The notes under the pieces: generated by a model
The model's input: the letters and a program-made list of their open reading frames with translations, nothing else
What the model was told of the DNA's origin: nothing
The model's database searches: none
Program-made: the position numbers and the translations under genes
Source: an uncultured Armatimonadia bacterium
Lineage (GTDB): Bacteria > Armatimonadota > Zipacnadia > Zipacnadales > UBA5352
DNA: 64,000 bases
Direction: 5' to 3'
NCBI GenBank assembly: GCA_964484945.1
Contig: CAZAHB010000003.1
Location: forward strand, 600 to 64,599
In this document: piece by piece, positions 48,125 through 58,053 of the stretch
How positions within the stretch are numbered: the stretch's first letter is position 1
Layout of the letters: each line of letters opens with the position of its first letter

Positions 48125-49207
48125 ATGGCCCGAACACTTGCGGTGCTGATGGCGGCGATCATGGCGTCGAGCGTTTCGGCCCAGCTTGATGTGCCGCGCT
48201 ACGCCCACACCACCACGCGCCTGCCCGAAAGCGGCTTTCTCGTCTACGGTGGCCTCGGGCCCGGAGATGCGTTCATGCTCGGGACGGAGATAGGCGCGCC
48301 GAGCGGCACCTTCCGACCCGGTCCGCGCTCGCATCGGGCGCGCGCCTTCCACACCGCGACAGTGCTGGCGGATGGCTCTGTGCTGATCGCGGGCGGGTTC
48401 ATATTGCCCTACTCCACCGCGAGCAGCGCAGAGCTGTTCGATGGCGAGCGCTTCATCTTCCTGCCACACCACATGTCCGCGCCGCGCGAGTTACATACCG
48501 CAACGCGACTGCAGGACGGACGCGTGTTGATCGCGGGCGGATTCGTCGGTGGGGTCACCTCGCTTGCAGGTTGTGACCTGTACGAGCCCGATTCGCGGCG
48601 ATTCGTCCCGACAGCGAAGATGTCGCGGCAGCGCTTCGGCCACACCGCGAGCCTGCTGCCAGACGGCCGCGTCCTGATCACCGGCGGTGCACAGTTCCCC
48701 GATGAGCGGACGCTTCGCTCGGCCGAGGTGTACGATCCGGCCCGCGGCACATTTGCGCCCGTGGGGGAGATGGCCCGGGAGCGCGCGCGCCACACGGCGA
48801 CGGTCTTGCGCGACGGGCGAGTTCTGATCACGGGCGGGAACTCTATCAGCGCCGGATCTCAGCTTGGCGACACTGAGATCTACGATCCCGCGACAGGGCA
48901 GTTTCAGCCGGGACCGAGTATGTGCGAACCGCGGATGGACCACACGGCCACACTGCTTCCCGATGGGCGGGTGCTTGTGACCGGCGGGTTCAACGGCGTG
49001 GGAGGCGCGCATACACTCGATTCGTGCGAACTGTATGATCCCGAGGTCGGAACCTTTACGCCCGCCGGAACGCTTCCGGTTCCGGTGCATGAGCATCACG
49101 CGGCGCTACTGCCGGATGGCGGGGTCCTGGTGACCGGCGGAATGGTTGTGAACGAGGATGGCCGCCGAACTGTGCGACAGACCGTTGTGCTGAGACCGTC
49201 AGAGTAG
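48125..49207 (+). CDS. Secreted Kelch-repeat beta-propeller protein
   Basis: Signal peptide MARTLAVLMAAIMASSVSAQ. About six repeats of HTATLLPDGRVLVTGG, the Kelch motif. Confidence 0.75.
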   Translation: MARTLAVLMAAIMASSVSAQLDVPRYAHTTTRLPESGFLVYGGLGPGDAFMLGTEIGAPSGTFRPGPRSHRARAFHTATVLADGSVLIAGGFILPYSTASSAELFDGERFIFLPHHMSAPRELHTATRLQDGRVLIAGGFVGGVTSLAGCDLYEPDSRRFVPTAKMSRQRFGHTASLLPDGRVLITGGAQFPDERTLRSAEVYDPARGTFAPVGEMARERARHTATVLRDGRVLITGGNSISAGSQLGDTEIYDPATGQFQPGPSMCEPRMDHTATLLPDGRVLVTGGFNGVGGAHTLDSCELYDPEVGTFTPAGTLPVPVHEHHAALLPDGGVLVTGGMVVNEDGRRTVRQTVVLRPSE

Positions 49208-49227
49208 TGAAGGGAGACAGGGCCTGG

Positions 49228-50604
49228 ATGGCCCGATTGCAGATGAGGACGGCGTATCTTGAGGCCGTTGGCGGACTGAGCGGAGATATGTTGCTGGGCG
49301 CGCTGGTGGACGCAGGGCTGACACTCGACGCCCTGTCGGAGACGATCGCGCTTCTGGGGCTGGATGACGAGGTGCGGGTGACTGCCCGCGCGGTCAGCAA
49401 ATGCGGGATCTCTGCTACGAAGGTGGATGTCGAGCGTATCGAGGACGACCATCATCACGCCGAGCACGATCCCCACGAGGCGGGACACGAGCAAGCCCAC
49501 GAACACGGTGACCACGGGCGCGCCCACGATCATGACCATGAGCACAGTGACCATGGTCACGATCACAGGCATGAGGACGACGCACAGGTACATGCGCGCG
49601 CTCACGAGCGCCACCACCACGGCCGCAGCGCGTCGGAGTTGATCGAGGTCATCGAGGCGGCGACCGGGCTTGAGGACAGTGTCAGGGAGCGTTCGGTGGC
49701 GATCATCCGAGAACTGGCTGAGGCCGAGGCGAAGATCCACGACTCCACGCCCGAGGAGATCCACTTCCACGAACTCGGTGGGCTGGACACGATCGTCGAT
49801 GTGGTCGGGGTGGTGGAGGGGCTTCGCCGCCTCGGCGTGACGCGCCTGTGCATGTCCCCACTGCCGCTGGGCCATGGATATATCGAGTGCGCCCACGGGC
49901 GACTGCCGGTCCCGGCTCCAGCGACCGCGGAACTGCTTGTCGGCGTGCCGACAAGCGCCGCGGACATCGAGGGGGAGGCGGTTACCCCCACCGGGGCGGC
50001 GTTCGCGGCCGTTCTTGCCGACGACTTCGGGCGGCCTGAGGATTTCACGATGTCGGGTGTCGGCTACGGTGCCGGAAATGCCGATTTCGACCCGGTGCCG
50101 AACGTGGCGCGGCTGTCACTGGGCGCGGAGAGCGAGCAGGAGCATGCAGCACACTCGGACGAAGCGCGGACGGTCACGGTGATCGAGGCGAACATCGATG
50201 ACATGTCCGGTGAGCTTGTCCCCGATGCGATCGACGCCGCGCTCGACGCCGGCGCGCTGGACTGCTGGGCGGCGCCGATCGTCATGAAGAAAGGTCGCCC
50301 GGCGCTGATGCTTCGCGCCATCTGCGGGCCGGACGTCACTGATGCGGTCTGCGCCTCGTTTCTGCGCGAGACGACCACTCTTGGTGTGCGGATGGTCGAG
50401 ATGAATCGGCGCTGCCTGGCGCGCGAGCAGGTGCGGGTCGCGACGGAGTTCGGACCGATCGAGGTGAAGGTCGGCTACCTGGCCGGTGAGGCCGTGACGG
50501 TCTCTCCGGAGTACGAAGACTGCCGGCGCGCGGCCGATGAGCATGACGTGCCGCTGAAGGCCGTGTACGCCGCGGCGACGGCGGCCGCGCACGAGGCGGT
50601 GTAA
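49228..50604 (+). CDS. larC: LarC-family nickel-pincer cofactor biosynthesis protein (nickel insertase, DUF111) with a His-rich insert
   Basis: MRTAYLEAVGGLSGDMLLGALVDAG is the LarC N-terminal signature. A 70-aa H/D/E-rich segment fits nickel binding. Confidence 0.75.
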   Translation: MARLQMRTAYLEAVGGLSGDMLLGALVDAGLTLDALSETIALLGLDDEVRVTARAVSKCGISATKVDVERIEDDHHHAEHDPHEAGHEQAHEHGDHGRAHDHDHEHSDHGHDHRHEDDAQVHARAHERHHHGRSASELIEVIEAATGLEDSVRERSVAIIRELAEAEAKIHDSTPEEIHFHELGGLDTIVDVVGVVEGLRRLGVTRLCMSPLPLGHGYIECAHGRLPVPAPATAELLVGVPTSAADIEGEAVTPTGAAFAAVLADDFGRPEDFTMSGVGYGAGNADFDPVPNVARLSLGAESEQEHAAHSDEARTVTVIEANIDDMSGELVPDAIDAALDAGALDCWAAPIVMKKGRPALMLRAICGPDVTDAVCASFLRETTTLGVRMVEMNRRCLAREQVRVATEFGPIEVKVGYLAGEAVTVSPEYEDCRRAADEHDVPLKAVYAAATAAAHEAV

Positions 50605-50605
50605 G

Positions 50606-51355
50606 TTACGGTTGCCATCCGGTAGCGCGGCGCCACGCCAGCGAGAAGAGGTTGCCGATCGCTTCGAGGATGATGCGGTTCGAGAGCTTCGATCGCCCGA
50701 ACTGGCGATCCACGAACGTGATGGGCACCTCGGTGATGGTGCCTCCCGCGCGCATGCAGCGGAAGAGCATCTCCGAGAGGAATGCGTAACCCTCATGCCG
50801 GACCCGGCGGAACTTCGCCGCCCGGAGGATGGGCGCGCGATACGCGCGGAAGCCCCCTGTTGGGTCCGCAACCTCAAGCCCTGACGCAAGCCGCACGAGC
50901 ACGCCGGCGGTGCGGCTGATGATCTTGCGGTCGATGCCCCAGTTGACGGTGCCTCCCCCCCGAACGTAGCGCGAGCCCACCACGACATCCGCGTCCTCCA
51001 GCGCGCGAAGCATGTCCGGAATCCGCGAGGGATCGTGCGAGAGGTCCGCGTCCATTGTCATGACGGTACGGGCGCCGTGGTCGAGCGCGTAGCCGATACC
51101 AAGCTGGTGGGCTGAGGCGTAGCCCATCTTCGCGGGTCGGTGGAGCGCGCCGAACAACTCCGGGTGGTCGGCGGCGAGGCGCTCGGCGATATCGCCGGTG
51201 CCATCGGGGGAGTGGTCATCGACGATCAGCAGCTTTGGGGGGCTGCTGATCTCCTCGCGCAGTGCGAGGAAGCCTTCCGCGAGTTGTGGGAGGCTGTCCG
51301 CCTCGTTGTATGTCGCGGTGACCGCCCAGACGGGCGCGAGCGAATCTGTTTTCAT
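50606..51355 (-). CDS. GT2-family polyprenol-phosphate mannosyltransferase (Dpm1/Ppm1-like)
   Basis: VTATYNEADSL…LLIVDDHSPDGT…VVGSRY (DXD-like). Start chosen just downstream of the ClC gene stop. Confidence 0.75.
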   Translation of the reverse strand: MKTDSLAPVWAVTATYNEADSLPQLAEGFLALREEISSPPKLLIVDDHSPDGTGDIAERLAADHPELFGALHRPAKMGYASAHQLGIGYALDHGARTVMTMDADLSHDPSRIPDMLRALEDADVVVGSRYVRGGGTVNWGIDRKIISRTAGVLVRLASGLEVADPTGGFRAYRAPILRAAKFRRVRHEGYAFLSEMLFRCMRAGGTITEVPITFVDRQFGRSKLSNRIILEAIGNLFSLAWRRATGWQP

Positions 51356-51365
51356 GCGCTCTCCC

Positions 51366-53162
51366 TCACTCAAAGAACTCCTTGGTGGTGGTGCGGTCCA
51401 GGTTCGTGTGCTGGCGGATGAGGGCGTGGTTGTAAGCGGAAACGATGTCCTTGTCGGTGATGATGCCCAGTATCTTGCTGTGGTCCTCCGGAGATACGAC
51501 CGGCACCCGGCCCACGTGATGCATCCCGAGCTTGCGGAGAGCCTCATTAAGGGTATCCTCGGGAAATGCGACAACCAGTCGATGTGTCGCGACACTCGTG
51601 ACGGGCTCGTCCAGGCGATCCTCCGCCGCGGCCTCGCGCAGGTCGTCGGCAGTCACGATGCCGTGCAGCACACCGTCCTCGTCCACGAGCGGGAAGCCGT
51701 GATGCGTGGTCTCCCGCGTCAGATCCATGGCCTCGCCGGCTGGAGCGTTTGGATTGATGACCACCAGATCGGTGGTCATCGCGTCTCGAACATGAATCTC
51801 GTTGAGCAGAGTCACGTCGCGCCCCAGTTCCAGGTGGACGCCGCGCCGCAGCAGCTTGAGGTTGTAGATGGAGGTGGCCTTTATGTGGCGCGCAACGATG
51901 GTCGAGATCCCGCAGGCCAGCATCAGCGGGAGAATCATCAGGTAGTCCCCGGTCAGCTCAAAGATGGTAAGCACCGCGGTGATCGGCGCGTGGCTGACCG
52001 CCGCGTAGACCCCACCCATCCCCACCAGGGCGTACGCGCCCTCGGAAGTGAGGTGTGAGGCGACCACGGAATCGACGATCCGACCGCCCGCCCCACCGAT
52101 CATCGCCCCGATGAAAAGCGAGGGCGCGAAGATCCCGCCTGAACCGCCGGAGCCAAGCGTCAGTGAAGTCGCGACGATCTTGCCCGCCGCCAGCAGAAGC
52201 AGAAGGCCGATGCCCGGCAGGTCGCCCTGAAGCGTGTTGGAGATGGTGTCATATCCCAGGCCCATCACGCCCGGTTGCCAGACACCGAGCAGCCCCACCA
52301 GCAGCGCCGCTGGAGCCAGCCGCCACGCCCGGGGCCAGTTGAATCGATCCCACAGGTCACGCACCGCATACAGCGCCAGAATGAAGAGGACGCCGACCCC
52401 GGCGGTCAAAAGCCCGAGCACCGCGAAGAGGGGTAGCTCAGCGAAAGTGACAAGGGAGTAGTCGGGGACGTCGAAGGCCGGAGCTGTTCCGAAGACATGG
52501 CGGCCGACCGCTGATGAAACGACCGCGGAGACCACCACGGGTGCGAACGTCTCCGCTCCCCACGTGCCGAGCACCACTTCCAGCGCGAAGAAAGCACCCG
52601 CCAGCGGGGCGTTGAACGTCGCCGCAACACCGGCCGCCGCGCCACAGGCGAACAGGAGCTTGCGTCTGCGCTCACCGGCGGGGAAGAGCCGTCCGAGATC
52701 AGCCGCCAGCGAAGCGCCTATGAACGCAATCGGCCCTTCACGCCCCGCCGATCCACCTGAGCCGATCGTCAGAAGCGACGCAATCGCCTTCGGTAACCAT
52801 CTCAGAGGCCGTATGCGCCCGTCGCGCAGGGCCGCCGCCTCCTGAAGTTCCGGGACACCCGAGGCCTCGACATCCCGACCGGCCCAGGCGACGAAAGGGC
52901 CCACGATCAGCGCGCCGACCAGCACAGGAACCAGCAGATGCCAGGGACTGTATGCGCTCAGCGCGCCGCCCAGATCCTGCGAGAACAGGTGTGTCGCGAA
53001 ATCGAGCAGCCGGCGGAAGACCACCGCGCCACCCGCGCCGAGCAGCCCCACGAAGACTGCCATGACGACTTCGATGCTGTGCTCGGGCAGGTTTGATCGC
53101 GCCGCCCGAACTCGCATCCGGCGGCGCAATCGGTTGATAAGATGGACTGCTCTGCGTGGCAT
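51366..53162 (-). CDS. ClC-family voltage-gated chloride channel with C-terminal CBS domains
   Basis: GSGGSAGREGP, GAAAGVAATFNAPLAG and GGIFAPSLFIGA selectivity-filter motifs. Tandem CBS domains at the C-terminus. Confidence 0.85.
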   Translation of the reverse strand: MPRRAVHLINRLRRRMRVRAARSNLPEHSIEVVMAVFVGLLGAGGAVVFRRLLDFATHLFSQDLGGALSAYSPWHLLVPVLVGALIVGPFVAWAGRDVEASGVPELQEAAALRDGRIRPLRWLPKAIASLLTIGSGGSAGREGPIAFIGASLAADLGRLFPAGERRRKLLFACGAAAGVAATFNAPLAGAFFALEVVLGTWGAETFAPVVVSAVVSSAVGRHVFGTAPAFDVPDYSLVTFAELPLFAVLGLLTAGVGVLFILALYAVRDLWDRFNWPRAWRLAPAALLVGLLGVWQPGVMGLGYDTISNTLQGDLPGIGLLLLLAAGKIVATSLTLGSGGSGGIFAPSLFIGAMIGGAGGRIVDSVVASHLTSEGAYALVGMGGVYAAVSHAPITAVLTIFELTGDYLMILPLMLACGISTIVARHIKATSIYNLKLLRRGVHLELGRDVTLLNEIHVRDAMTTDLVVINPNAPAGEAMDLTRETTHHGFPLVDEDGVLHGIVTADDLREAAAEDRLDEPVTSVATHRLVVAFPEDTLNEALRKLGMHHVGRVPVVSPEDHSKILGIITDKDIVSAYNHALIRQHTNLDRTTTKEFFE

Positions 53163-53275
53163 CTGTGGATCTCCCGCGGCCGGCCCGACCTACACGCTTC
53201 AGCGCCGCGCGAGCCGGCGCGCGATGGCCGGACAGCACGCGGCGCTGCTCGCCTGTTACTGGTCGGGCGGAACGA

Positions 53276-53836
53276 CTACTGCATGGCTGGTTCTATCAAA
53301 CCGTATCCACCGGACTTGCGCCGGTAGACGACGGCTACATTGTCGGTGCGCGCATCTGTGAAAACAAAGAAGTCATGGCCGACCATCTCCATCTGCATTG
53401 CGGCCTCCTCCGGCACCATCGGCTTGACCGCGTGGCTCTTCACACGGACAATCTCCGGGTCCGGATGCTCCTCTTTGACCTCCTCGTCGCTGCCGTCCTC
53501 CTGCTGCTCGACGGCAGGGATAGGATCGAGCTGTCGAACGCTCTGCCGAGTGCGATCGGTCATCCGGCGCTTATGTCGCCGCGCCTGCTTCTCGATCGCC
53601 TCGTAGGCGTCATCGAACGCGTTGAGAACATCTCCTGCGGATTTCTCACTGCGGAAGACATTGCGTGGCTCTTCGGCGGTTATCTCAACCGTGTAGAGCC
53701 CGCGCTTTTCCGACAGTACGACCCGCACCTCCTGAAGTCGAGGCAAATAGCGTTCGAGGTTCTCCAGTCGCGGCTCAGCGTGGTCGAGGAAGTATTGAGG
53801 CACACTGCCGTCCTTGCTGCGTACATCGATTCTCAT
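53276..53836 (-). CDS. hpf: Ribosome hibernation-promoting factor (long HPF/RaiA)
   Basis: MRIDVRSKD…LENLERYLP N-terminal S30AE domain plus a C-terminal dimerisation domain. Confidence 0.8.
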   Translation of the reverse strand: MRIDVRSKDGSVPQYFLDHAEPRLENLERYLPRLQEVRVVLSEKRGLYTVEITAEEPRNVFRSEKSAGDVLNAFDDAYEAIEKQARRHKRRMTDRTRQSVRQLDPIPAVEQQEDGSDEEVKEEHPDPEIVRVKSHAVKPMVPEEAAMQMEMVGHDFFVFTDARTDNVAVVYRRKSGGYGLIEPAMQ

Positions 53837-54239
53837 GTCCAATACCACCCTTCCCCATTACTCAATCAACCCGCGCAATGCGGGGTCTGTCGAGGAAAGT
53901 CACTGGATACTTCGAGGACCATCTGTCTGACACCTTCTCCAATAGCAGTCTACTCCTCTCCATCCGATAAGTCAATTCTCGCAAGCGGGACCGACCGGAT
54001 GCTGTGGACTGGCCCAAATGGCAGCGCAATCGCCCTCTCGCGCTTGCTGCCCAAAATCATGGGAGTTCGCGCCATGTGTGGACTTTCAACCCGCGCGTAG
54101 CGAGTGGGATGGGATCAGCCGGTAATTGCCGCCGAGGAAGGGAACCAGGTCTTCCCCCGCGGATGAGATGCGGCCGTCGCCTCCGCCTTACTTGCTGTAC
54201 ATGCCACTTTGTGCTATCGTAAGGCCACTCAAGCACTCC

Positions 54240-54475
54240 CGGTGAGAACCCGGATTTGGACGAGGTATGGGTCAGGCGCGAGAGCGCGGGTGGTCGGATG
54301 ACCGCCCCGGGAAGACGGTGCGATTCCGTCGCTGCCCCGCAACTGTGATCGGCCCCCGGGCCGTCAGCCAGACACCGCGACACATGCCACGGATCATCCC
54401 GCGAGGGCGGACGGTGACCGAATAGATACCGTGTGGCCCCGCAGATGCATTGCGGGGCTGCTTTGGTTCTGGCGG
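54240..54475 (+). promoter_or_regulatory. Cobalamin (B12) riboswitch with a terminator-type expression platform
   Basis: B12-box-like core gggaagacGGTGcgAtTCCgtcgCtGCCCCGCaaCTGTga at about 54309-54348. Downstream GCCACgg element, then hairpin ccccgca-gatgcat-tgcgggg followed by cTGCTTTGG at about 54437-54470. A possible sigma70-like promoter TTGCTG-N17-TATCGT sits at about 54192-54220. Confidence 0.7.
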
Positions 54476-54549
54476 CAGACACTGGACAGGGAACCTCTCG
54501 GTGCCGACAGCGACGACCGCGCGCCCGTCGCCTCAGGAGCGACTGCCGA

Positions 54550-55581
54550 ATGAAATACGCTGGACCCATCATCGCATTGTTCGCACTCGTCACAGGGACT
54601 GCGTTACTGGCAGGCTGCCCGCAACAGCAACCGGAGGCACCCTCACCGACGCCGCCCCCACCACCCTCCGATGACCAGCAACCCTCCGACACCGATTCCT
54701 CGAAGGGCTGGCCGCGGACGTTCACCGACGCGATGGGGGAGAAGGTCACCCTCCAGGAGCCTCCCGAACGGGTCATCAGCCTCTCCACGGGCTTCACCGA
54801 AACCATCTTCGCGATGGACGTCGGCGACCGCCTCGTCGGGCGTACAAGCTTCGCGGAGTACCCACCGGAGGCGAGAGAAGTCAAGTCAGTCGGGGGTATG
54901 ATCAACCCCAGCCTTGAAGCGATCGTCGGGCAGGAACCGGACCTCGTGTTGACTGTTCGGGGCACACCTGCGGACGTCATCGCGAGCATCCGGCGCGCCG
55001 GCATCCCCGTTATCGCCCACGATCCGCGCACAATCGACGACGTGCTGACGTCGATTCGGGACCTGGGCCGCTATCTGGGCGTAGAGGAAGACGCCAATCG
55101 GCTTGCCGAGGACCTCCGCGAGCGCGTGGAGGCCGTCGAAGCGCGCGGACAGGCCATCGCGACCTCGCAGGGCCGTCCCAGCGTGCTCTTCACGATCCAG
55201 GCCGACCCCGTTTTCGTTGCCGGGGAGGGGAGCTTCGTCGATGACATGATCCATCGGGCCGGCGGGATCAACGCGGCCACTCTCATCGAAGGGCAGAATG
55301 GCGGTCAGTGGCCCAGCCTGTCGCTTGAAGCCGTCGTGGAGCTGAGTCCGGACATCATTGTCACCTCCATGGAGACCGGCGAGGGTGAGCCGATCGACGG
55401 TGAAAAGAAGCTGTCGGGCCTGTCCGGCTGGAAGGATCTTCGGGCAGTGGAAGATGGCCGCGTGTACACCATCGATCCGGACCTGTCCGCCCGGGCCGGT
55501 CCCCGGCTGATCGATGCCCTGGAGCAAATGGCGGACATCATCGAGGACGCCGTGGGCGGCGGGGAGCCAGGCGATGGATGA
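54550..55581 (+). CDS. ABC transporter substrate-binding lipoprotein, BtuF/FhuD (TroA-like) family; likely cobalamin-binding
   Basis: Lipobox LLAGC. Class III SBP pattern. RBS caggagcg. Lies immediately downstream of the B12 riboswitch. Confidence 0.75.
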   Translation: MKYAGPIIALFALVTGTALLAGCPQQQPEAPSPTPPPPPSDDQQPSDTDSSKGWPRTFTDAMGEKVTLQEPPERVISLSTGFTETIFAMDVGDRLVGRTSFAEYPPEAREVKSVGGMINPSLEAIVGQEPDLVLTVRGTPADVIASIRRAGIPVIAHDPRTIDDVLTSIRDLGRYLGVEEDANRLAEDLRERVEAVEARGQAIATSQGRPSVLFTIQADPVFVAGEGSFVDDMIHRAGGINAATLIEGQNGGQWPSLSLEAVVELSPDIIVTSMETGEGEPIDGEKKLSGLSGWKDLRAVEDGRVYTIDPDLSARAGPRLIDALEQMADIIEDAVGGGEPGDG

Positions 55582-56371
55582 GCCTGTGCTCGAGGCGCGG
55601 AGTCTCCACTGCGGCTACGATGGCCGCGAGGTCCTCGCGGACGTTGACGCGGAGCTTCGCCGCGGTGAGTTCCTCGGCCTGATCGGGCCCAACGGTTCGG
55701 GCAAGACCACCCTTCTGCGGGCGCTCGCCGGGCGGCTGCCGGCATCCGGCGGTGCGGTAGTGCTCGACGGAACGCCCCTTTCGGCCCACCCTCGCCGCGA
55801 GGTCGCGCAGAGGCTCGCGGTGGTTCCACAGATGACTTCGCCCCCGTTCGAGTTCACCGTGGCCGAGATCGTCGCCATGGGCCGCACTCCGCACCTGGGG
55901 AGATTGGAGCGCGAGGGACCGGAGGACCGCGACGCGATTGAGCGCGCAATGGACCTGACCGGCACGGAGGCGCTGGGCGATCGGCCCGTCACCGAGCTTT
56001 CCGGGGGCGAGTTTCAGCGTGTTATCATCGCGCGGGCGCTGGCCCAGGAGGCGCCGATCATGCTGCTGGACGAACCTGTCGCACACCTCGACATCGGGCA
56101 TCAGGTGGAGATCTTCGATTTGCTGCTGCGCCTCAACCGCGATGAGGATCGCAGCATCCTGTGCGTCTCCCACGATCTGAACCTTGCCGCACGCTACTGT
56201 GACCGCCTGGTCGCGATGGACGCGGGCCGCGTAGTCGCCGAGGGGCCTCCCACGGAGGTTCTCACCGAGCAGCGCGTGTCGGAGTTGTACGCGTGCCGAG
56301 TGCGCGTGGAACCCGGCGCGGGCGGCCGACCGCGCGTGACAGCCCTCGGCGGGACGGAGGATGCGCAATGA
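55574..56371 (+). CDS. ABC transporter ATP-binding protein (BtuD/FecE-like)
   Basis: Walker A GPNGSGKTT, signature LSGGEFQRV, Walker B MLLDEP. Confidence 0.85.
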   Translation: MDEPVLEARSLHCGYDGREVLADVDAELRRGEFLGLIGPNGSGKTTLLRALAGRLPASGGAVVLDGTPLSAHPRREVAQRLAVVPQMTSPPFEFTVAEIVAMGRTPHLGRLEREGPEDRDAIERAMDLTGTEALGDRPVTELSGGEFQRVIIARALAQEAPIMLLDEPVAHLDIGHQVEIFDLLLRLNRDEDRSILCVSHDLNLAARYCDRLVAMDAGRVVAEGPPTEVLTEQRVSELYACRVRVEPGAGGRPRVTALGGTEDAQ

Positions 56372-57408
56372 GCCGCAAGATCCTGCTGTGGGCCGCGCTT
56401 GTGCTCGTGCTGTCGGGAGCGGTGGTCCTGTCGCTTTCCTTCGGGGCCGCCCACCTGCCTCCACGTGAGATCGCGCTTGCGCTGCTGAGCAGGCTCCCGG
56501 GTCTGTCCTCGCTCGATCCGCACCTTCCTGCCAGCCAGGAGACGATCGTCTTCGATCTGAGGCTTCCGCGACTGGTCCTGGCGCTGATTGTAGGCGCCTC
56601 GCTCTCGGTGGCCGGCGTGGTGATGCAGGCATTCTTCCAGAACCCGATGGCCGCACCGTCCATCATCGGCATCTCGGCCGGGGCATCCTTCGGCGCAACG
56701 GTCGCCGTGGTCACCGGGTTCGGGATTGGGATCGCGGGCCTGGGCTCCGTTCCCGTTGCGGCATTCCTCGGCGCTCTTCTGACCACGGCCCTGGTGTACC
56801 TCCTGTCACGACGCGGAGGGCGCACGCCGGTGGGCGTGCTGCTCCTGACGGGGGTCGCGATGGGGTCGCTGATGTCGGCGCTGGCATCACTGGTGCTCGT
56901 GACCGGTCACGATCCCGGGCGCCGCGACCTCGACCAGGTCGTTTACTGGATGCTCGGCAGTGTCTCCGGGCGAACCTGGTCTCATGTACTGACCGTTCTT
57001 CCCTACGTGGCCATCGCCGGAGCGCTTACCTGGCTGTTCGGCCGGGAGCTAAACGTGTTGACCCTCGGCGATGAGAGCGCGTGGTATCTCGGCCTGAACG
57101 TCGAGCAGGTGCGGCTGATTCTGCTCGCGCTGTCATCGCTGCTGACGGCCGCGGCGGTGGCTGTCAGCGGCGTCATCGGCTTCATCGGGCTGGTCGTCCC
57201 GCACCTGATGCGCATCCTCGCCGGCCCGGACCACCGCACGCTGCTGCCCGCTTCGGCGCTTGCGGGAGGCGCATTGCTGGTGCTCGCGGACGTGGTCGCG
57301 CGGACACTTGCCGCCCCGACCGAGATCCCGGTGGGTATCATTACATCCCTTTTGGGCGCCCCCTTCTTCCTCTATCTACTGCACCGCCGGCGCGAATATG
57401 CGATGTAG
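56368..57408 (+). CDS. FecCD-family ABC permease (BtuC-like)
   Basis: Ten-TM FecCD pattern. The ATG overlaps the ATPase stop (ATGA). Confidence 0.8.
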   Translation: MSRKILLWAALVLVLSGAVVLSLSFGAAHLPPREIALALLSRLPGLSSLDPHLPASQETIVFDLRLPRLVLALIVGASLSVAGVVMQAFFQNPMAAPSIIGISAGASFGATVAVVTGFGIGIAGLGSVPVAAFLGALLTTALVYLLSRRGGRTPVGVLLLTGVAMGSLMSALASLVLVTGHDPGRRDLDQVVYWMLGSVSGRTWSHVLTVLPYVAIAGALTWLFGRELNVLTLGDESAWYLGLNVEQVRLILLALSSLLTAAAVAVSGVIGFIGLVVPHLMRILAGPDHRTLLPASALAGGALLVLADVVARTLAAPTEIPVGIITSLLGAPFFLYLLHRRREYAM

Positions 57409-57486
57409 ACCGGGCCACAGACAGGAATTTCCAGACGTTCACGGAATCTAACCGCAGGCAGTGGCGTCATAAAGTGTAGAAGGACG

Positions 57487-58047
57487 GTGCCGGTGAACGA
57501 GGCGACCCTCGTAGAAACGGTTGAGGCTGCCCGGGCGGGTGATGAGCGTGCGTTCGAAACGCTCTTTCGCGCTCACCGTGATAGTATCTTCTCGATCGCC
57601 ATGCACTATCTTGGCGATCGGGATGTCGCCGAGGATGTCACCCAGGACGCGTTTGTCACTGCCTGGGACCAGCTTCCGAATCTGCGCGAACCGGCGGCGT
57701 TCGGAGGCTGGCTGCGGACGCTGGCGATAAACCGGGTGCGCGACCATTTTCGAGGCAAGCGCGACGAGGACCCGCTCGACGATGAGAATCCCTTGCCGAG
57801 CGGAGAGGACGGCCCGGAGCGTTCGCTGCAGCAGGATGAAAAGCAGCAGGCCGTGCGCGAGGCCATCCTCGGACTGCCGGATCACCAGCGCCTGGTCGTG
57901 ACAATGCACTACCTTGAAGGGCGCTCGGTGAAGGAGATCATGCAGGAGATGGACCTGCCGAAAGGGACGGTCGTCTCGAGGCTGTCACGCGGGCGGGATA
58001 ATCTGCGGCGCAGGCTGGCGCCGTATATCGACGACGTGGGAGAATGA
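57487..58047 (+). CDS. RNA polymerase sigma-70 factor, ECF subfamily
   Basis: Region 2 (FETLFRAHRDSIFSIAMHYLGDRDVAEDVTQDAFV) and region 4 (LPDHQRLVVTMHYLEGRSVKEI). GTG start. Confidence 0.85.
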   Translation: MPVNEATLVETVEAARAGDERAFETLFRAHRDSIFSIAMHYLGDRDVAEDVTQDAFVTAWDQLPNLREPAAFGGWLRTLAINRVRDHFRGKRDEDPLDDENPLPSGEDGPERSLQQDEKQQAVREAILGLPDHQRLVVTMHYLEGRSVKEIMQEMDLPKGTVVSRLSRGRDNLRRRLAPYIDDVGE

Positions 58048-58053
58048 TGACCC

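Noticed and set aside
47764-48162. In-frame N-terminal extension of the nfo ORF (about 130 extra aa)
   Set aside because: Endonuclease IV homologs start at the (V)RLGFHVS region. A GTG with a GGAGGA RBS is present exactly there, and the extension overlaps a separately coding-looking small membrane ORF.
53850-54230. Small ORFs between hpf and the riboswitch (e.g. 54004..54222, 53665..53970)
   Set aside because: They are short, lack an RBS, and sit in the region expected to hold the divergent promoters of hpf and the btu operon. They are more likely non-coding.
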